Origin: Eledone cirrhosa
Lineage: Eukaryota
Assembly (NCBI GenBank): GCA_964016885.1
Contig: OZ024744.1
Span: 97,588,001-97,652,000 of the forward strand
Direction: 5' to 3'
DNA: 64,000 nucleotides
The notes under the pieces were generated by a model. It searched no databases and was not told the origin of the DNA. It saw nothing but the letters and a program-made list of their open reading frames with translations. The first letter of the stretch is position 1. The number at the start of each line of letters is the position of its first letter. The translations under genes were made by a program, and so were the position numbers. Below are positions 25,626-39,327 of this stretch, piece after piece.

Positions 25626-26128
25626 ATATTCCACATGAAGTCCTTTCCCAAGCATTGTTCTATGATTGGATGCCCTTCCTTGCACTAACTCTTTTAGTTG
25701 CTTCTTACTACACTCGGAGATACACTGTACCTATTCTAAACCGGATGCACAAATACACATATGGTGATTAATTATTAATTAGTTAATAATATCACATTGC
25801 TTCCTTGGTGAAACATTATATAATTAATTACACACACACACATCTATATATATATATATATACAACATATATATGGTAATTAATTATAATATGTTTCGTT
25901 AAGAAGCATTTTAATGTTATTATTAACATTAACGAAAGCTTTACTCCATCCTCTGTCTGCACTAAAAACTGGAAATATGAGACAATATATAAGTAAGAGA
26001 TATCTTATAAACCAATAAACCTTAACATAAGCACCTTTAACACTTTGTGAATAATGAAACTATGCAAAAAACTGAATGAATTGATTGAAAAATTTCTGTT
26101 AATTGTATTGTTGGTATATTGTCTATAC

Positions 26129-26634
26129 CAGGTATGTCAAATTGAGGGTCCCCCGAAGGCCACATGGTGTCACATATGTGTTGTCTGAGGGCCACATGAG
26201 TCACATATGTATTGTCTGAGGCCCACATGGGTCACGTATGTGTTGTCTGAGGGCCACATGAGTCACGTATGTGTTGTCTGAGGGCCACATGAGTCACGCA
26301 TGTGTTGTCTGGGGGCCACATGAGTCACGTATGTGTTGTCTGAGGGCCACATGAGTCACATATGTGTTGTCTGAGAGCCACATGAGTCACATATGTGTTG
26401 TCTGAGGCCCACATGGGTCAAATATGTGTTGTCTGAGGGCCACATGGATCACATATGTGTTGTCTGAGGGCCACAAGAGTCACATATGTGTTGTCTGAGG
26501 GCCACACATGACAACTAATTGCACACATTACAATTAATATATTTTATTTTATATTACACTCGCACTGTAAAAACCTTTGTGCGGGCCGCAGGTGTGCTTG
26601 TAAAGGGCCGTGAGCCGCATGTTTGACATGTCTG
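26129..26634. mobile_element. hAT (Charlie-like) MITE with an internal 31-bp tandem array
   Basis: TIRs caggtatgtcaaa/tttgacatgtctg, 8-bp TSD gtctatac/gtctatat, ~11 copies of gagggccacatgagtcacatatgtgttgtct. Confidence 0.85.
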
Positions 26635-28189
26635 GTCTATATAATGGCCATTTTGTGTCCTTGAGCTTAAGACCCCTACTCTATAGGCCATGTACTGACC
26701 AGTGTCATGGGAGGGGATTTTAATGAACATTTGAGAAGGAGTATGGATGTTTTGAGGGAATCCATGGAGGTTTCAGATATGGTGTGAGGAATAGGGAGGT
26801 TTCAGATAGGGTGAAAGGAACTGGGAGTTTACTGATGGAGTTGAGATGTTAACCTAAAGTATTTGCTATGGGGCCCAAATTTTCTGCCACTATTCTAAGT
26901 AATTTATATTACAATACTATACTAACTAACCTTTATATCAATGTCACAGTTAAAAAAGAAAATTCAGAGCCCTTTTATAGTATGTACTACAAGTTCTGCA
27001 CTAACCTAATCTAACAATGATACAGACCCTTTTGTTTGATCATCTAAGCATGGAAACATTGAGTATTAATTAAATGGATGAACTCGAGTTAAATAGATCT
27101 GTGACTGGTTTGTTTTTCATTCAAACATAATAAATATCTATCTATATTGACCACTATGTACTTCCTTATGTTTTTTAAAGATGTTTTGGCTGCTATTTCT
27201 AGTAAGTCGAGTGATCACATAGAAGGGCATGTCAGCCATGACCTGCCTATCTTTTATTCAAACATAGTATATCTTTAATTACAATATCCATTATGTCTTT
27301 CTGGGGGGAGGGGGAGGTGGGGGGGTTACTAGGGAGTAATTTGGGGGGAGATTTGGCTACTATTTCTAACAAGCTGGGTGATCATGTAGAAATCCCCCCC
27401 CCCCCAGCCTTCTCATTTGCTTGTGAATTATCGATTATACATGAATTATCGATTATATTTAGATGCAGGATTTTAATAGTTTAAGCAATGTTATACTTGC
27501 TATTATGTTAGCATGTATAACATCTTAAAATATCTAAAAACAGGTTTGTTATTTCAAATGTTTATAGTGTCTTTACTGGTAGTCAGATTGTTGTGAAAAT
27601 TTACAATATTAGTTAGTGTAAAGACTTTAATTTTTAATGTAAAGCAGGCATAGTGTTGTTATGTATTTATTTTAAATGTCCTGTTAATCTGGTTTCATGT
27701 AGCACAGGACGTTAAAATTAACTCTTGACATCCTAATGATTCAGTAGAAAATATCTAAAAACAGGTTTGTTAGTTTAAATATTTATAGCATCTTTACTAG
27801 TAGACAGATCACTGAGAAAATTTGCAGTATTAGAGTAAAATCTTTAATATTTAATGTGATACAGTCGTAGTGTTGTTGTATACTTTCCAAGTAATCTGAT
27901 TTTATTTGCTTTTGACTATGTTATGTTGTATATATATAATATACAGTTTTAAATATATGTATATTTATGTATGTAGAGTGTGACATTGTAAAGGTGTGTG
28001 GCTTAGTGGTTAGAGCATTGAGTTCACTATTGTAAGGTTGTGAGTTTGAATCTCGGACTGGACAGTATATTCTGTCTTTGAGCAAAACACATTATTTCAC
28101 ATTGCTCGAATTTACTCAGCTGTAGAAATGAGTTGCAACGTCACTGGTGCCAAGCTGTATCAACCTTTTCCTTTCCCTTGGACAACCTC

Positions 28190-29125
28190 ACCCACTTCAT
28201 TGATGACCTTCTGGAGCTTGGAATCATCTGCAAAGATTCTTATGTTGCTGTGCTTCATGGTGTCAGTAATGGCCTTAATGTAGATGATGAAAAGAAGTGG
28301 ACCCAGCGCACTGCCTTGTGGAACGCCACAACTGACTTTGGTTGGGCTTGATTTTACTCCTTCGATTACAACATGTTGGGCTCTGTTTGTCAGGAAACAC
28401 TTGATCCATTGCAATAACTTTCCAGAGACACCAATGCTGAATAGTTTTTTTAATAGAATCTTGTGATCAACCATGTCAAAGGCCTTGATGAAATCAAGGA
28501 AGATGACATCAGTGTTGGAGCCCTCTCAAAATGTCATCAAAGTGAGGCAGTCCCTTCCATTATGGAACCCATGTTAGTTGGAGTTCAGTAGTCTGTTGCT
28601 TTCAAGAAAGTGGGTCATTCATGATCTCACCACCCTCTCAAATACCTTGATGATGAGATCGGATGGTAGTTCACTGCAAGGGACTTGTTTCCCTTTTTAA
28701 AAACTGGGACAGAAAATTTTCAGGAATATAGCCAGCATCCAGTGATTTCCTCGACAGATTAGCAAGGGGAAATGCAAGTTGGTGTCGACCTTCAGGGCAC
28801 AAGCAGGTAACCTATTGGGGCCCACTGCTTAATTGTGTTTAATTTCATTTATTGGGGATTAACTTCACTGATACAGCCCAGATTGGACATATCAGGATTG
28901 CTGAAAACAGAGCGGTATTGTTTCTGCAATATCTCACCGATGGTTTTGGCATTATCTAGGAGAGTGCCATTTTCATCAATTAGAGGACCAACAGTGGAGA
29001 CAGTGACCTTGTGTTTTTTTTTTGCAAAGAAAAAGAACACTTTGGGGTTGAGTTTGATTTTCTCAATGGCCCATTTCTCCTCAGCTATTCTTTGGTTATT
29101 GATGATGGTCTTCATGCATTGTTAG
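28190..29125 (-). pseudogene. CR1/L2-group LINE reverse transcriptase fragment
   Basis: DFIKAFDMVDH..LLQWIKCFLTNRAQ..GVPQGSALGPLLFIIYI..IFADDSKL, with upstream KLNPKVFFFF..VGPL. Disrupted. Confidence 0.85.
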
Positions 29126-29349
29126 AAGTTATATATATATATATATTTTTTTAGTTGTGCGATAGACGACAAATGTGTGTGTTCTTGGCAGTATTTTAGT
29201 TTGTTGGGTTTTTTTTTTTATTGTTCTTTTTATTTTTCTGATAATATATATATTTAATTATGTATTTATATACATGTATATAAATATATACACTTATATA
29301 TATACGTGTGTGTGTTTGTATACACATGTATAAATACACACGTACATAC

Positions 29350-31100
29350 ACATAATGTAAAGGGAATTACTTAAGCATTTTGTGATCATCAGCAGATTGA
29401 GAAGAAATGACAAATAATAGCAGGATGTTTTAAATGGCACACAGCATGTTCAAATGGTCAGGTGATCACTGACGTCAATTGGCATTCCTGATACATCAGG
29501 AGAGCCTATCTTAAAGGTCATGAGTAGGAACCCGAGCATGTGTCATCAAGTTAAAATAAGTACCATTTTTGTTTAGGTTTGGGGGGGCATCAAATGACAT
29601 GACCTCTGTTCTTTGTAAGACAGTGCTTTTATCTATTCTTAAATGTTAGCACTTTGTCCATGATTGATTGTCCATGTAACACTTGTGGTCTCTCCTTTAT
29701 CCTTTAATATCCAAATATATTTGGAAAGTGCTACGGAAGGGGAGGCGGGTTCTTCATATGTCTATGACAAAATGAGTAACTGTACTGAGTTCCTCCTACT
29801 CCCTCACCTCAGTGTCCTATGTAGCTGGTAGTGGTGACATTATCCCATTATACAATACTTTTTCTTTAGACATTTATCTTTCAGGAGAGAGAGGGAGGGG
29901 TAGAGCTCCCTGTTTTGGTAATTGCATATTGGCAGATTTTATTCTTTATGTTGATCAAATCAACACAAGTCTAGAACTGGTGTTGATTTGAATGACTCTT
30001 TGATGCCTTCAACATTTCTGGCTTTTTGCCTTTGTTTAGAAACCAATATTTTTAATAGTAACTCTATATGACACTAGATATGTATATACATATATGGACT
30101 GGGCTTGATCTTTGCTCTTTAAACTCTGCTACTGGTGATCAAACTTTGTGGAGAGATCTATCTCATGTTGATGCAACTGGTGGAGTTTAGCATCACAAAA
30201 ATGACACTAGAAATGTTTTTAATGCAGATAAAGCTCACCTTTGTATAGTTATTGTCATTTCCATCTGGGTTATTTTTTTAAAATGGCTTTAAAAGCGCTA
30301 TATAGCTGTTTTAACAACCTATTCCCAGACATTTAGCATAGTTTTTGTTTTTTTTTGCTGATGGTAGTAAGCACTTAATATCTTTTTCTATTGATAGCAA
30401 CTGCATGTTATTACTGCACAACCTTATTATAGCTATCAACATGTGAGAACAATGCTCTTGCTGATGTTTTGGATACAGGCTGATTACATTAGGTGGATGC
30501 TTTGATTTTGTGTGAATATAAGATGAGATGCTATTTGTTTTCTTGATGAACTCTGTAATTTTGAGTTTAGGCTAAGCTTAATGCCAAAGGTTTGCTTTGA
30601 CTATGATCCCAGTTTGAATTTGGTGAATAATGATATGGTTCATTTCCTGGGGGCATCAAATATACACCTGCTTACCTTATTTGAAATCATGTGCCTATCA
30701 GCATCCATTTGCAAACCCATTGCAAAAGGATGACAATGCCATCAAAAAGAATTTCTGTTTGCTTAAAAAGGAACAAACCTTCAGATGCTTCAGTGCCATC
30801 AAAATCTCTCATTGTGATATCAAAACAGTCTGTTCCGACTTTCTTAACCCAATAAACATCTCCATTAAAAGAAGAAGGATCTCTTGGCATACATGATAAT
30901 ATAGAGATTATTTTGTGGAAATTTTGCAAATATGTTGGAGAATTGAATGAATTTAGAAGAAAATTGGGGTTTACATTCACACATCAGCAAACAAACAAAA
31001 AAAGCCAACTTTCACACACTTCATGTAATTCTAGTTGAATCACATAAGCAAAGAAACAGAATTTCATCTCACCAAATCTCTCAACACCATGAATCATTGA
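29350..31100 (-). mobile_element. Decayed Penelope-like element, Naiad-type RT plus GIY-YIG
   Basis: Motifs in the expected order on the minus strand: WVKK..CFDITMRDFDGTE (FDVTMGSxDGAE), YIHTKSKHPPNVI (SNHPP), KCL..SIVY, ALSKYIWILK, then a ctgatgatc hammerhead remnant near 29385. Confidence 0.65.
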
Positions 31101-31539
31101 AGAAGTATCTCAAAAGTAAATGTAATAAAATCTAAGGACAAACTTAAACTAACCAAACCATTAAATATACTGCAGAAAACAAAAATCAAGTAATAGGCAA
31201 AGAACTACGTAATAAAGAAAATATACTGAAAGCAGAAAATTAGGAAACATTTGTATCTAAAATAAACTATTATAAAGTCAATAAATACTAAACTAAAATA
31301 TTAACATTAAATACTTGAACAGGCACATCATATGACACATTCCAATAACAACTTCACATTATATACACTCTAAGAATAAACAAGGTGGCAAATTGACAGA
31401 GAATTGACATTAGACATTATGCTTCATGATATATCCATTCTGCCTCTCTACCCTCTCAGTTCTGCCACAAGGTCAGCTCTGCCTTTCATCCTTTTCAGGT
31501 TGATAAATAAAGTACCAATCCAGTAGTGTGGTTGATTCT

Positions 31540-31655
<116 letters not shown>

Positions 31656-31733
31656 AAATTTATAATAAATTTATAAATTTATAGATTTCTGGTTGGTTGG
31701 TTGGTTCCACAACCAGATAGTTGTTTATATATT

Positions 31734-31776
31734 GTCATAGTTCTTTCGTCACACACTCTGTGACCTCTTCAGTGAC
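31734..31776 (-). ncRNA. Minimal hammerhead ribozyme candidate
   Basis: Reverse complement: GUCA CUGAAGA G GUCAC AGAGUGU GUGAC GAAA GAAC UA^ UGAC. The module lies between two (TA)n runs. Stem III is very short. Confidence 0.55.
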
Positions 31777-31832
31777 TGGGGATTCCTTTCTTTGTTTTTG
31801 TGCCTCTCCTTTGTTCTGTCCTACACCATTTT

Positions 31833-31885
<53 letters not shown>

Positions 31886-31905
31886 GTTAAAACGATCAAA
31901 TTTTA

Positions 31906-32358
31906 GTTTAGAACATTTATTTGCTGACAATTGTTTCTTCCAGAAGGAAGTCTGGAATCATCGGAGCATAAGGAATGTCGAAAACATGTAACTAGAATTC
32001 TAGTCATTTAGAACATTTAGGGTACATAGTTGTTATTAGTGTCAAAGGCATGATGTGGAGATTCAGTTAACTTCTTTCCCTGTGTTTTTATGCTTGTGAT
32101 TTTTTTGCTTGTGCTTTTTACTTTTACTTATACCTCTTACACTTCCAACCAGTGCTGCCTGTAATTGTGTTATTTCAAGCGGAACATCTTTTTAACTCCT
32201 GACTCTCCACATGATGCCTTTGACACTAATAACAACTATGTACCCTAAATGTTCTAAATGACTAGGATTTTAGTCACATGTTTCGACATTCCTTGTGCTC
32301 TGATGATTCCAGACTTCCCTCTGGAAGACACAATTGTCAGCTAATAAATGTTCTAAAC
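31906..32358. mobile_element. PLE-type inverted pLTR pair (~155-bp arms), each arm with a hammerhead motif
   Basis: 31906-32061 is the reverse complement of 32204-32358. Consensus GCU CUGAUGA UUCCAGA cuuccY UCUGGAA GAAA C AAUU G UC^ AGC. Confidence 0.8.
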
Positions 32359-32493
32359 ACTTTGTATCTCGGCTCTGTAAAACACTCGAAAATTTGCATT
32401 GAGCCTTCTGTCATACCGGTAACCGGCTAGTACATAGTACTACCCTCCATATTTATAGTTATATTAAACATATATAAATATAAATATAAATAT

Positions 32494-32535
<42 letters not shown>

Positions 32536-33107
32536 ATCTATCTCTCTATCTATCTATCTCTATCTTTCTCTCTCTCAAACACACAGAAGATGGGTGCTCT
32601 GCCAGGTTTTAAAAGGCCCTAGAAACAATGTATGTCAATATTGCACCCCTAGGACTCCTTCAGGTGTTATAGGACCTAAGGAAAGAGTTAAACATAATTC
32701 CAGTCAGCTACATTCAATCATCGCAATAGTCAGAAATATCACAAAGATCATTAAATTTGAGAGGATGGGGAAAGTCAACAATATTGACCGACCCCATTAT
32801 TTAACTGGTACTTTATTTTTTTATCTACCCCGGGTAGGAGGAAAAGCAAAGTTGACTTCAGTAGAATTTGAAATTAGAAGATAAAATAGCTGGAATAAAT
32901 GACAATGTATCTGTCAAATGCACCTAACAATCCTGTGAACCCATAATATTATCACACAATGTGATTCTTGGAGCATCAACAAATACTTCTTATATCATGC
33001 TAACTACCACAAACATCATAAAAAGAGAAGTGTTTGATTCCATTTCTGCTAAAAGAAATACTACAATATAGATATTGATATTATTTATTTTGTGAACAAT
33101 ACCTTAA

Positions 33108-33328
33108 CCCTTTACCATTTACGTTACTCTATATTTACTATTGTGTTTTCACAGTAAACACTTTATTTCACATAATTATCCTACATAATATCGAATCTAT
33201 GAGATTCTGATATTATTTATTTTGAGAACAATACCTTAACATTGGTATGAGTGGCCGGTTACAACTAGTTTGAACAGAAGGGGGTGAGAGAGTTCTGGCT
33301 GTATACAGCCGGTTTAAATGCTAAAGGG
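33108..33328. mobile_element. piggyBac-type MITE
   Basis: TTAA|ccctttaccattta ... taaatgctaaaggg|TTAA. Relatives at 34318-34538, 49095-49325 and 49627-49841; partial copies at 24670, 35490 and 49335-49536. Confidence 0.8.
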
Positions 33329-33731
33329 TTAAGAAATAATTGTTTCTACTTTTGGCACAAGGCCAGCAATTAACCAGTACATTACTGGTACTTTATTTTA
33401 TCGACCCCGTAAGGATGAAAGGCAAAGTTAACCTCGGCGGGATTTGAACTCAGAATGGCAAGGGCTACAAGACTCTACTAAGTGAAATAAGGAAAAAGAA
33501 TCTTCTAAACTCAATCTGATAGAAATGGCCCCCTAATGACCCTCAAATCACATGCTACTGCCTTAAAACAGGAAGGAAACATTTGATAATGAAGTCATAG
33601 ATTCACTATACTTTTTCATCAAAGCTGACTTGGAGCAAAACAACAGACTCAAAACTCTAGCTAGTAACCTATCTGTCAGCTTGACACCATAAGGGGTTTC
33701 TCCATGATAATTCCTGTGGTATAATGTAGCC

Positions 33732-33969
33732 AAGAGAAAGAGAGAGACAGACAGACAGACAGACAGAGAGGGAGAGGGACAGACAGACAGAGATAGACAG
33801 ACAGAGATAGAGAGAGACTATTAAGAGAGAAAGTGAAAAAAAGAGAGAGGATCTAAGACAGAGAAGGAGAGATAGGCTGAAGCAAAAGAAGAAAGGGATC
33901 ATAAAGAGAGAAATAAGGGAAGAATTAGGCTGAGAAAGAAAGAGACAATATATATACAATATCTCTCTC

Positions 33970-34006
<37 letters not shown>

Positions 34007-34047
34007 GGGGAGAGAGGGAGGGAGAGAGAGAGGGGGGGGGAGAGAGA

Positions 34048-34083
<36 letters not shown>

Positions 34084-34095
34084 GAGAGAGAGAGG

Positions 34096-34145
<50 letters not shown>

Positions 34146-34158
34146 AGAGAGAGAAGAA
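33732..34158. repeat. (GA)n/(GACA)n purine-rich microsatellite
   Basis: Read directly. Confidence 0.9.
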
Positions 34159-35149
34159 ATCAATCCCAGTACTTAATAAGTATTTTATTTATCAATGCCA
34201 GAAGAATGAAAAACAATGTTGTACTCAGTGGGATTTGAACTTAGATTGTGGAACAAATACCACAAGGAACTTGATCCAATGATCTGACAACTCTGCTGAT
34301 TCAATACCTACTCTTAATCCTTTAACATTTATTTTACTCTATATTTACTATTATATTTTTCTGGAAAAGACTTTATCTCATATAATTATCTCACGTAATA
34401 TTGAATCTATGAGATTTTGATCTTATTTATTTTGAGAACAATACTTTAACCTCAATATGAGTAGCTAGTTACAGCTGATTTGAACAGAAAGAGGTGAGAG
34501 AATTCTGGCCGGATATGGCTGGTTTAAATGCTAAAAGGTTAACATACTGTATTGATTTAGAAGTAAATGTTTAAAAATAGGTTTAACTCAACTGTTTATA
34601 GTATCTTTGCTAGTGGACAGATCGTTATGAAAATTTGTTACATTAGATTAAAGACTATAATATTCATTGGGATGCAGTTAATATATTTTATATAAAACAA
34701 GTTACATAAGAGAGGAAAAGGAGGAGGGGAGTACTAGGATTGTTAAGCAACGAAAAAAAGGGGGAAGGAGAAAGGGTGACAGACTCTATATCTAAGTCAG
34801 AGTAGTGTTTCAGCAGCACTCTACAGACAAAATGGCAAAGGCATTGTTGCAGGCACTGGCCAGCGACTTCTGCTGCAAAACCCAGTCCACCTCGCAGGAC
34901 TCCTTCCTCAGACAAGTTACTGTCATTCTGATTTTACAGAAGTGGTCAGCTGTATGGGGTCTGAGAATACCCGAGGTTGTAACAGTGATTTGTACTGAGA
35001 GGAAGTGGCCAGGAAAGCTTATCTTTTTGTCCTCTGAATTGCAGGCTGTGGTAATGTGGTTTGTGGCAATTAGGATAAAAACAATATTGCGTAATATTGT
35101 GTATACATGACAGTTAATTTATTACATAGTAATTAGAAAAATGTGATTG

Positions 35150-35462
35150 CACGTGTCTTTGTGGTTAGGGTATTCAGCTCACAATCATATGGTCCTGAGT
35201 TTGATTCCCAGCGGAGCGTTGTGTTCTTGAACAAGACACTTTATTTCACATTGCTCCAGTACACTCAGCTGACAAAAATGAGTTGTACCTGTAATTCGGA
35301 GGGCCAGCCATGTCACATTCTGTGTTACCCTGAATCTCCCCGAAAACTACGTTAAGGATGTCTGTCGAATGTTCAGCCACTTTACACGTTAATTTTATGA
35401 CCAAGCTGTTCCTTTGATCATATCAACTGGAACACTCATCACTGTAACCAACAGAGTGCCAG
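35150..35462 (+). mobile_element. CORE-like tRNA-SINE (family B head, alternative tail)
   Basis: gtggttaggg..gagtttgattcc..gtgttcttgaacaagacactttatttcacattgctccagt..aaatgag, followed by a distinct tail. Confidence 0.7.
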
Positions 35463-35794
35463 TTATGTTATAATTAGAAAAATTGGTGCAGAATTCTCTC
35501 ACCTCTTTCTGTTCAAACTGGTAGTAACTGGCTGCTCATACTGATGTTAAGGTATTGTTCTCAAAATAAATAATTGTTTCTACTTTTGGCACAAGGCCAG
35601 CAATTATCCCAGTGTATTACTGGTACTTTATTTTATCGACCCCGTAAGGATGAACGGCAAAGTTAACCTCGGCGGGAGATTTGAACTCAGACCATAACGG
35701 ACCATAACTCTTTGCTGCAAAGCATGGCGTACGACCCTCTACTGATACTGCCAATCCACCACCCTCTTTTATTATTCTTTTAATAATATAAGAA

Positions 35795-36250
35795 CGAAAG
35801 GCTGGTTATATGTTGCTTGAGTGAGATGTGCTATGCTGCATGGTAGTAAGACATGGGCAGCAACTACAGAAGATATGCGACGGCTGGAGAGAAATGAGGC
35901 AAACATGCTCCTTTGAATGTGTAATGTCAATGTGCATGAACAAAGAGAGAAACTGTATATAAGAGGGATAAACTGTAGTGTGCAGGAGAGAAGACTGTGA
36001 TGGTATGGACATGTGATGCGCATGGAGGATGACCGATGGGTGAAGAAGTGCCAAGAAATCCCAGTAGAAGGAAAGCGCAGTAGAGGAAGCCCATGAAAAT
36101 CATGGGCGGACATGGTGAGAGCAGACCTCAGATCGCTGAAGCTCACGGAGGAGATGACGAAGGACCGTGACAAGTGGAGAGATGCTGTGCTGAAACGGAC
36201 CCGTCCCACCCTTGCAAGCAGAGGAAAGAGGACGTAAAAGGGTGATGATA
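35795..36250 (+). mobile_element. RTE LINE 3' fragment
   Basis: AMLHGSKTWAATTEDMRRLERNEA..WYGHVMRMEDDRWVKKC, with the same tail as the element ending at 55400. Confidence 0.88.
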
Positions 36251-36626
36251 AGAGGTTGGAGCCTTTATTATAATAACCAAGGATTTTTCAACAATATGCC
36301 ATATTAGTGACTCCTTATGGAACCCTAGGGTTCTGGAGAACACCAGTTGTGAAATGTTGTTCTAGAGAATAGTAATAGTAGGATCTGTAAATATTATTGG
36401 ACCATTTTTTATACAGTTCTTATTAACTTACAACATTTTTATACATTGTAATATTTTGTGGCATAAGAAAATAATTCCTAGCTGCATTTCTCAGATAACA
36501 AGTGATTAAAATTAAAAAATTCTACGTTGTGAGTTCTGAGTTCAAATCCCACTGAGGTTAACTTTGACTTTTATCCTTCTGGAGTCAATAAAATAAAGTA
36601 CCACTTAAAAACAAATAATAAAAAAT

Positions 36627-37451
36627 AAAGTGGTCATGTAGGTGTCACAACAAAAAGCACCCCATCCACACTATAAAGTGGTCATGTAGGTGCCACGACA
36701 AAAAACACCCAGCCCACATTGTAAAGTAGTCATGTAGGTTTCATGACAAAAAGCATCCAGTCCACACTGTAAAGTGGTCATGTAAGTGTCACGACAAAAA
36801 ACACACAGTATATACTGTAAAGTGGTCATGTAGGTGTCATGACAAAAAGCACCCAGCCCAAACTGTAAAGTGGCCATGTAGGTTTCATGACAAAAAAACA
36901 CCCATTCCACATTAAAGTGGTCATGTTATGTCACAATGAAAAACACCCAGTCCACACTAAAGTAGGCATGTAGGTGTCACAACAGAAAGCACCCAGTCCA
37001 CACTGTAAAGTGGTCATGTAGGTGTCATGACAAAAAAGCACCCAGTCCACGCTGTAAAGTTGTCATGTAAGTGTCACAACAAAAAGCACCCAGTACTCAC
37101 TATAAAGTGGTCATGTAGATGTCACAACAAAAAGCACTCAGTCCACACTGTAAAGTGGTCATGTAGGTGTCATGACAAAAAGCACCCAGTCCACACTGTA
37201 AAGTGTTCATGTAGGTTTCATGACAAAAAGCAGCCAGTCCCTACTGTAAAGTGGTCATGTAGGTGTCATGGCAAAAAAAAGCGACCAGTACTCACTGTAA
37301 ATGAGGTTGGTGTTATGAATGGCATCTAGCTGTAGAAACCGAGCCAAAATCAGTTCTGTATGAGCAAGACATGGTCACCTGACCTGACATTTCCCACAAA
37401 ACAGGAGAACCCATCTAACCCATGCTAGCATAGAAAATGGATGTAAAACGG

Positions 37452-37485
<34 letters not shown>
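36627..37485 (+). repeat. RTE 3' UTR derivative with a 48-bp minisatellite (~14 units)
   Basis: Array followed by gttggtgtta..ggcatctagctgtagaaacc..cccatgctagcatagaaaatggatgtaaaacggtgatgatg. Confidence 0.88.
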
Positions 37486-39188
37486 AATGAGGAAAATAAT
37501 TATGAATCAGATGATTGTTTTTTACATTAGCAAAAGTTTGCAGATTTGAAAATAATTGTTGTTGTTGTTGTTGTTGTTGCTATTGTTGTTATTGTTGTTG
37601 ATGTTGTTGATTGTTATAATGCACAAACAAACAATAGTCTATTATATTCATGAAATATACACCGATCATATCAGACGTACATTTTCATTTTTAAGAATTA
37701 TTATGATACTAACTTACAATCTACTGTTTGGTATGTTGAGACTATTGTCTTTCTCTAAACATTACATATTTTAATATCATACTTTAGAATCAAGGGTGTG
37801 TTAGTAAAAGTAAGAAGAGTGGAAAGTATCACCATAATTAGTGCTTTTAAACATGAAGTTAGAATTTAGGATATTGTTGGAATACATAAGAATAGATAAA
37901 AAAAAAAAAAAGAAGTTGTGTTTATCTTTTTTGATACCAAACCACTTAAAACTGACCCTGGTTTTAAAATTCAAAACTGTTTATTTTAAAGTGTTTATAT
38001 TTATCTAAACACATTCCATCAACATTCCATCTAAGAACCTTTGTTAATTTATATTGCAAACAAACACCGACTTAATAATTGTTTCTACTTTTGGCACAAG
38101 GCCAGCAATTACCCCAGTGCATTACTGGTACTTTTTTTTTTATCGATCTTGTAATGATGAAAGGCAAAGCTAACCTCAGCGGGATTTGAACTCAGAATCT
38201 AAAGGGCCATAACTCTATGCTGCAAAACATAGTGTCTGATGCAAACACCAGCTTAATAATGATTCTAGTTTAGGCACAAGGCAAGCAATTTGGTGGAAGG
38301 GGAAAGTCGATTAAATCGACCCCAGTGCATTACTGGTGCTTTATTTTATCAACCCCGTATGGATGAAAGGCAAAGCTAACCTCGGTGGGATTTGAACTCA
38401 GAGTGTAAAGGGCCACAACTCTATGCCACAAAGCATAGTGTCCAACGCAAACACGAGCTTAATAATGAGAAAGTTAGTTATATTTCTGTGACTTGAGTGT
38501 AGCGTCTGTCACCCTCTCCCCTTCCCCATTTCTTTCGTTGCTTAACAATCTTAGCCCTTTCCTTCTTTTTCCTTTCATTTAAGCACTCAATGTCTGCTAT
38601 ATTACTAAATCTCTTCAAATTCTTGATTATTTCCATTAGGAATTATCTTGAAAGTATAAAAATGTTTATGAAGCAAACCCAACATGAAGAATTTAATATT
38701 GAAATTTTACAAACTAATATTTTTTTTATTTCGACTACACAAATATTTGAAGCAGCTGCCATGATTCATTGTTTAGTATTTATTCTCTTGAGTCTGAGAA
38801 ACATTTGTAATGTAATGACTATTTTAAGCATTTTATGAATGTTTTAAGTCTTTTAACCATCATTTACCATGTAAGGGTGTTATATAGTATTTAACACAAA
38901 CATGTAAACTTACTGCATGATTTTAGATTTAGAACTACACAAGCATGGATCAAATAGACATTAAAATAATAACTGCTAATTTCGCTAATTAAAAACACAC
39001 ACACACTGGTAGTCCGTGTCTTTGTTGTTAATTAACTTAGCTGTCAACTGATTTCTTAATCAGTTTCATTGGAATTCCTTAATCGTTTAAAGATTTATTG
39101 GAAATTTCAAGAATTTCTAAGAAGCCTTAGGTTCAATTGAAAGACAGGTTTTCCAGGTGATAGGCAACCTTTATAAAACTCCACTCAC

Positions 39189-39327
39189 CTTGTCATACTT
39201 CGCACTGTAATATCCAACTTCATGCCAAGTAACAATAAACAGACTTCTAGCACGGAAATGTGCAGATGGAAAATGTTCCGCAACTAACGTCTGTATTTGT
39301 GATATCATAGTGCGATCTTGACTTTCC
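39189..39327 (-). CDS. Nid: Nidogen-like gene, internal exon A (NIDO domain)
   Basis: Acceptor ttttcttttcttcaaag, donor AAG|gtgagt, 139 nt. Translates (R)ESQDRTMISQIQTLVAEHFPSAHFRARSLFIVTWHEVGYYSAKYDK, matching the nidogen FxPxxLFIxTWxxVGYY..DK motif. Ends in phase 0, compatible with exon B. Confidence 0.88.

Noticed and set aside
26157-26505. Regular short repeats resembling a CRISPR array (also the 36-, 48- and 85-bp arrays)
   Set aside because: Units are contiguous with no unique spacers, there are no cas genes, and the context is eukaryotic.
34690-35110. GC-richer segment with ORFs on both strands
   Set aside because: No recognisable domain or splice-compatible frame. Part of it matches 38500-38560 in reverse, indicating a repeat fragment.
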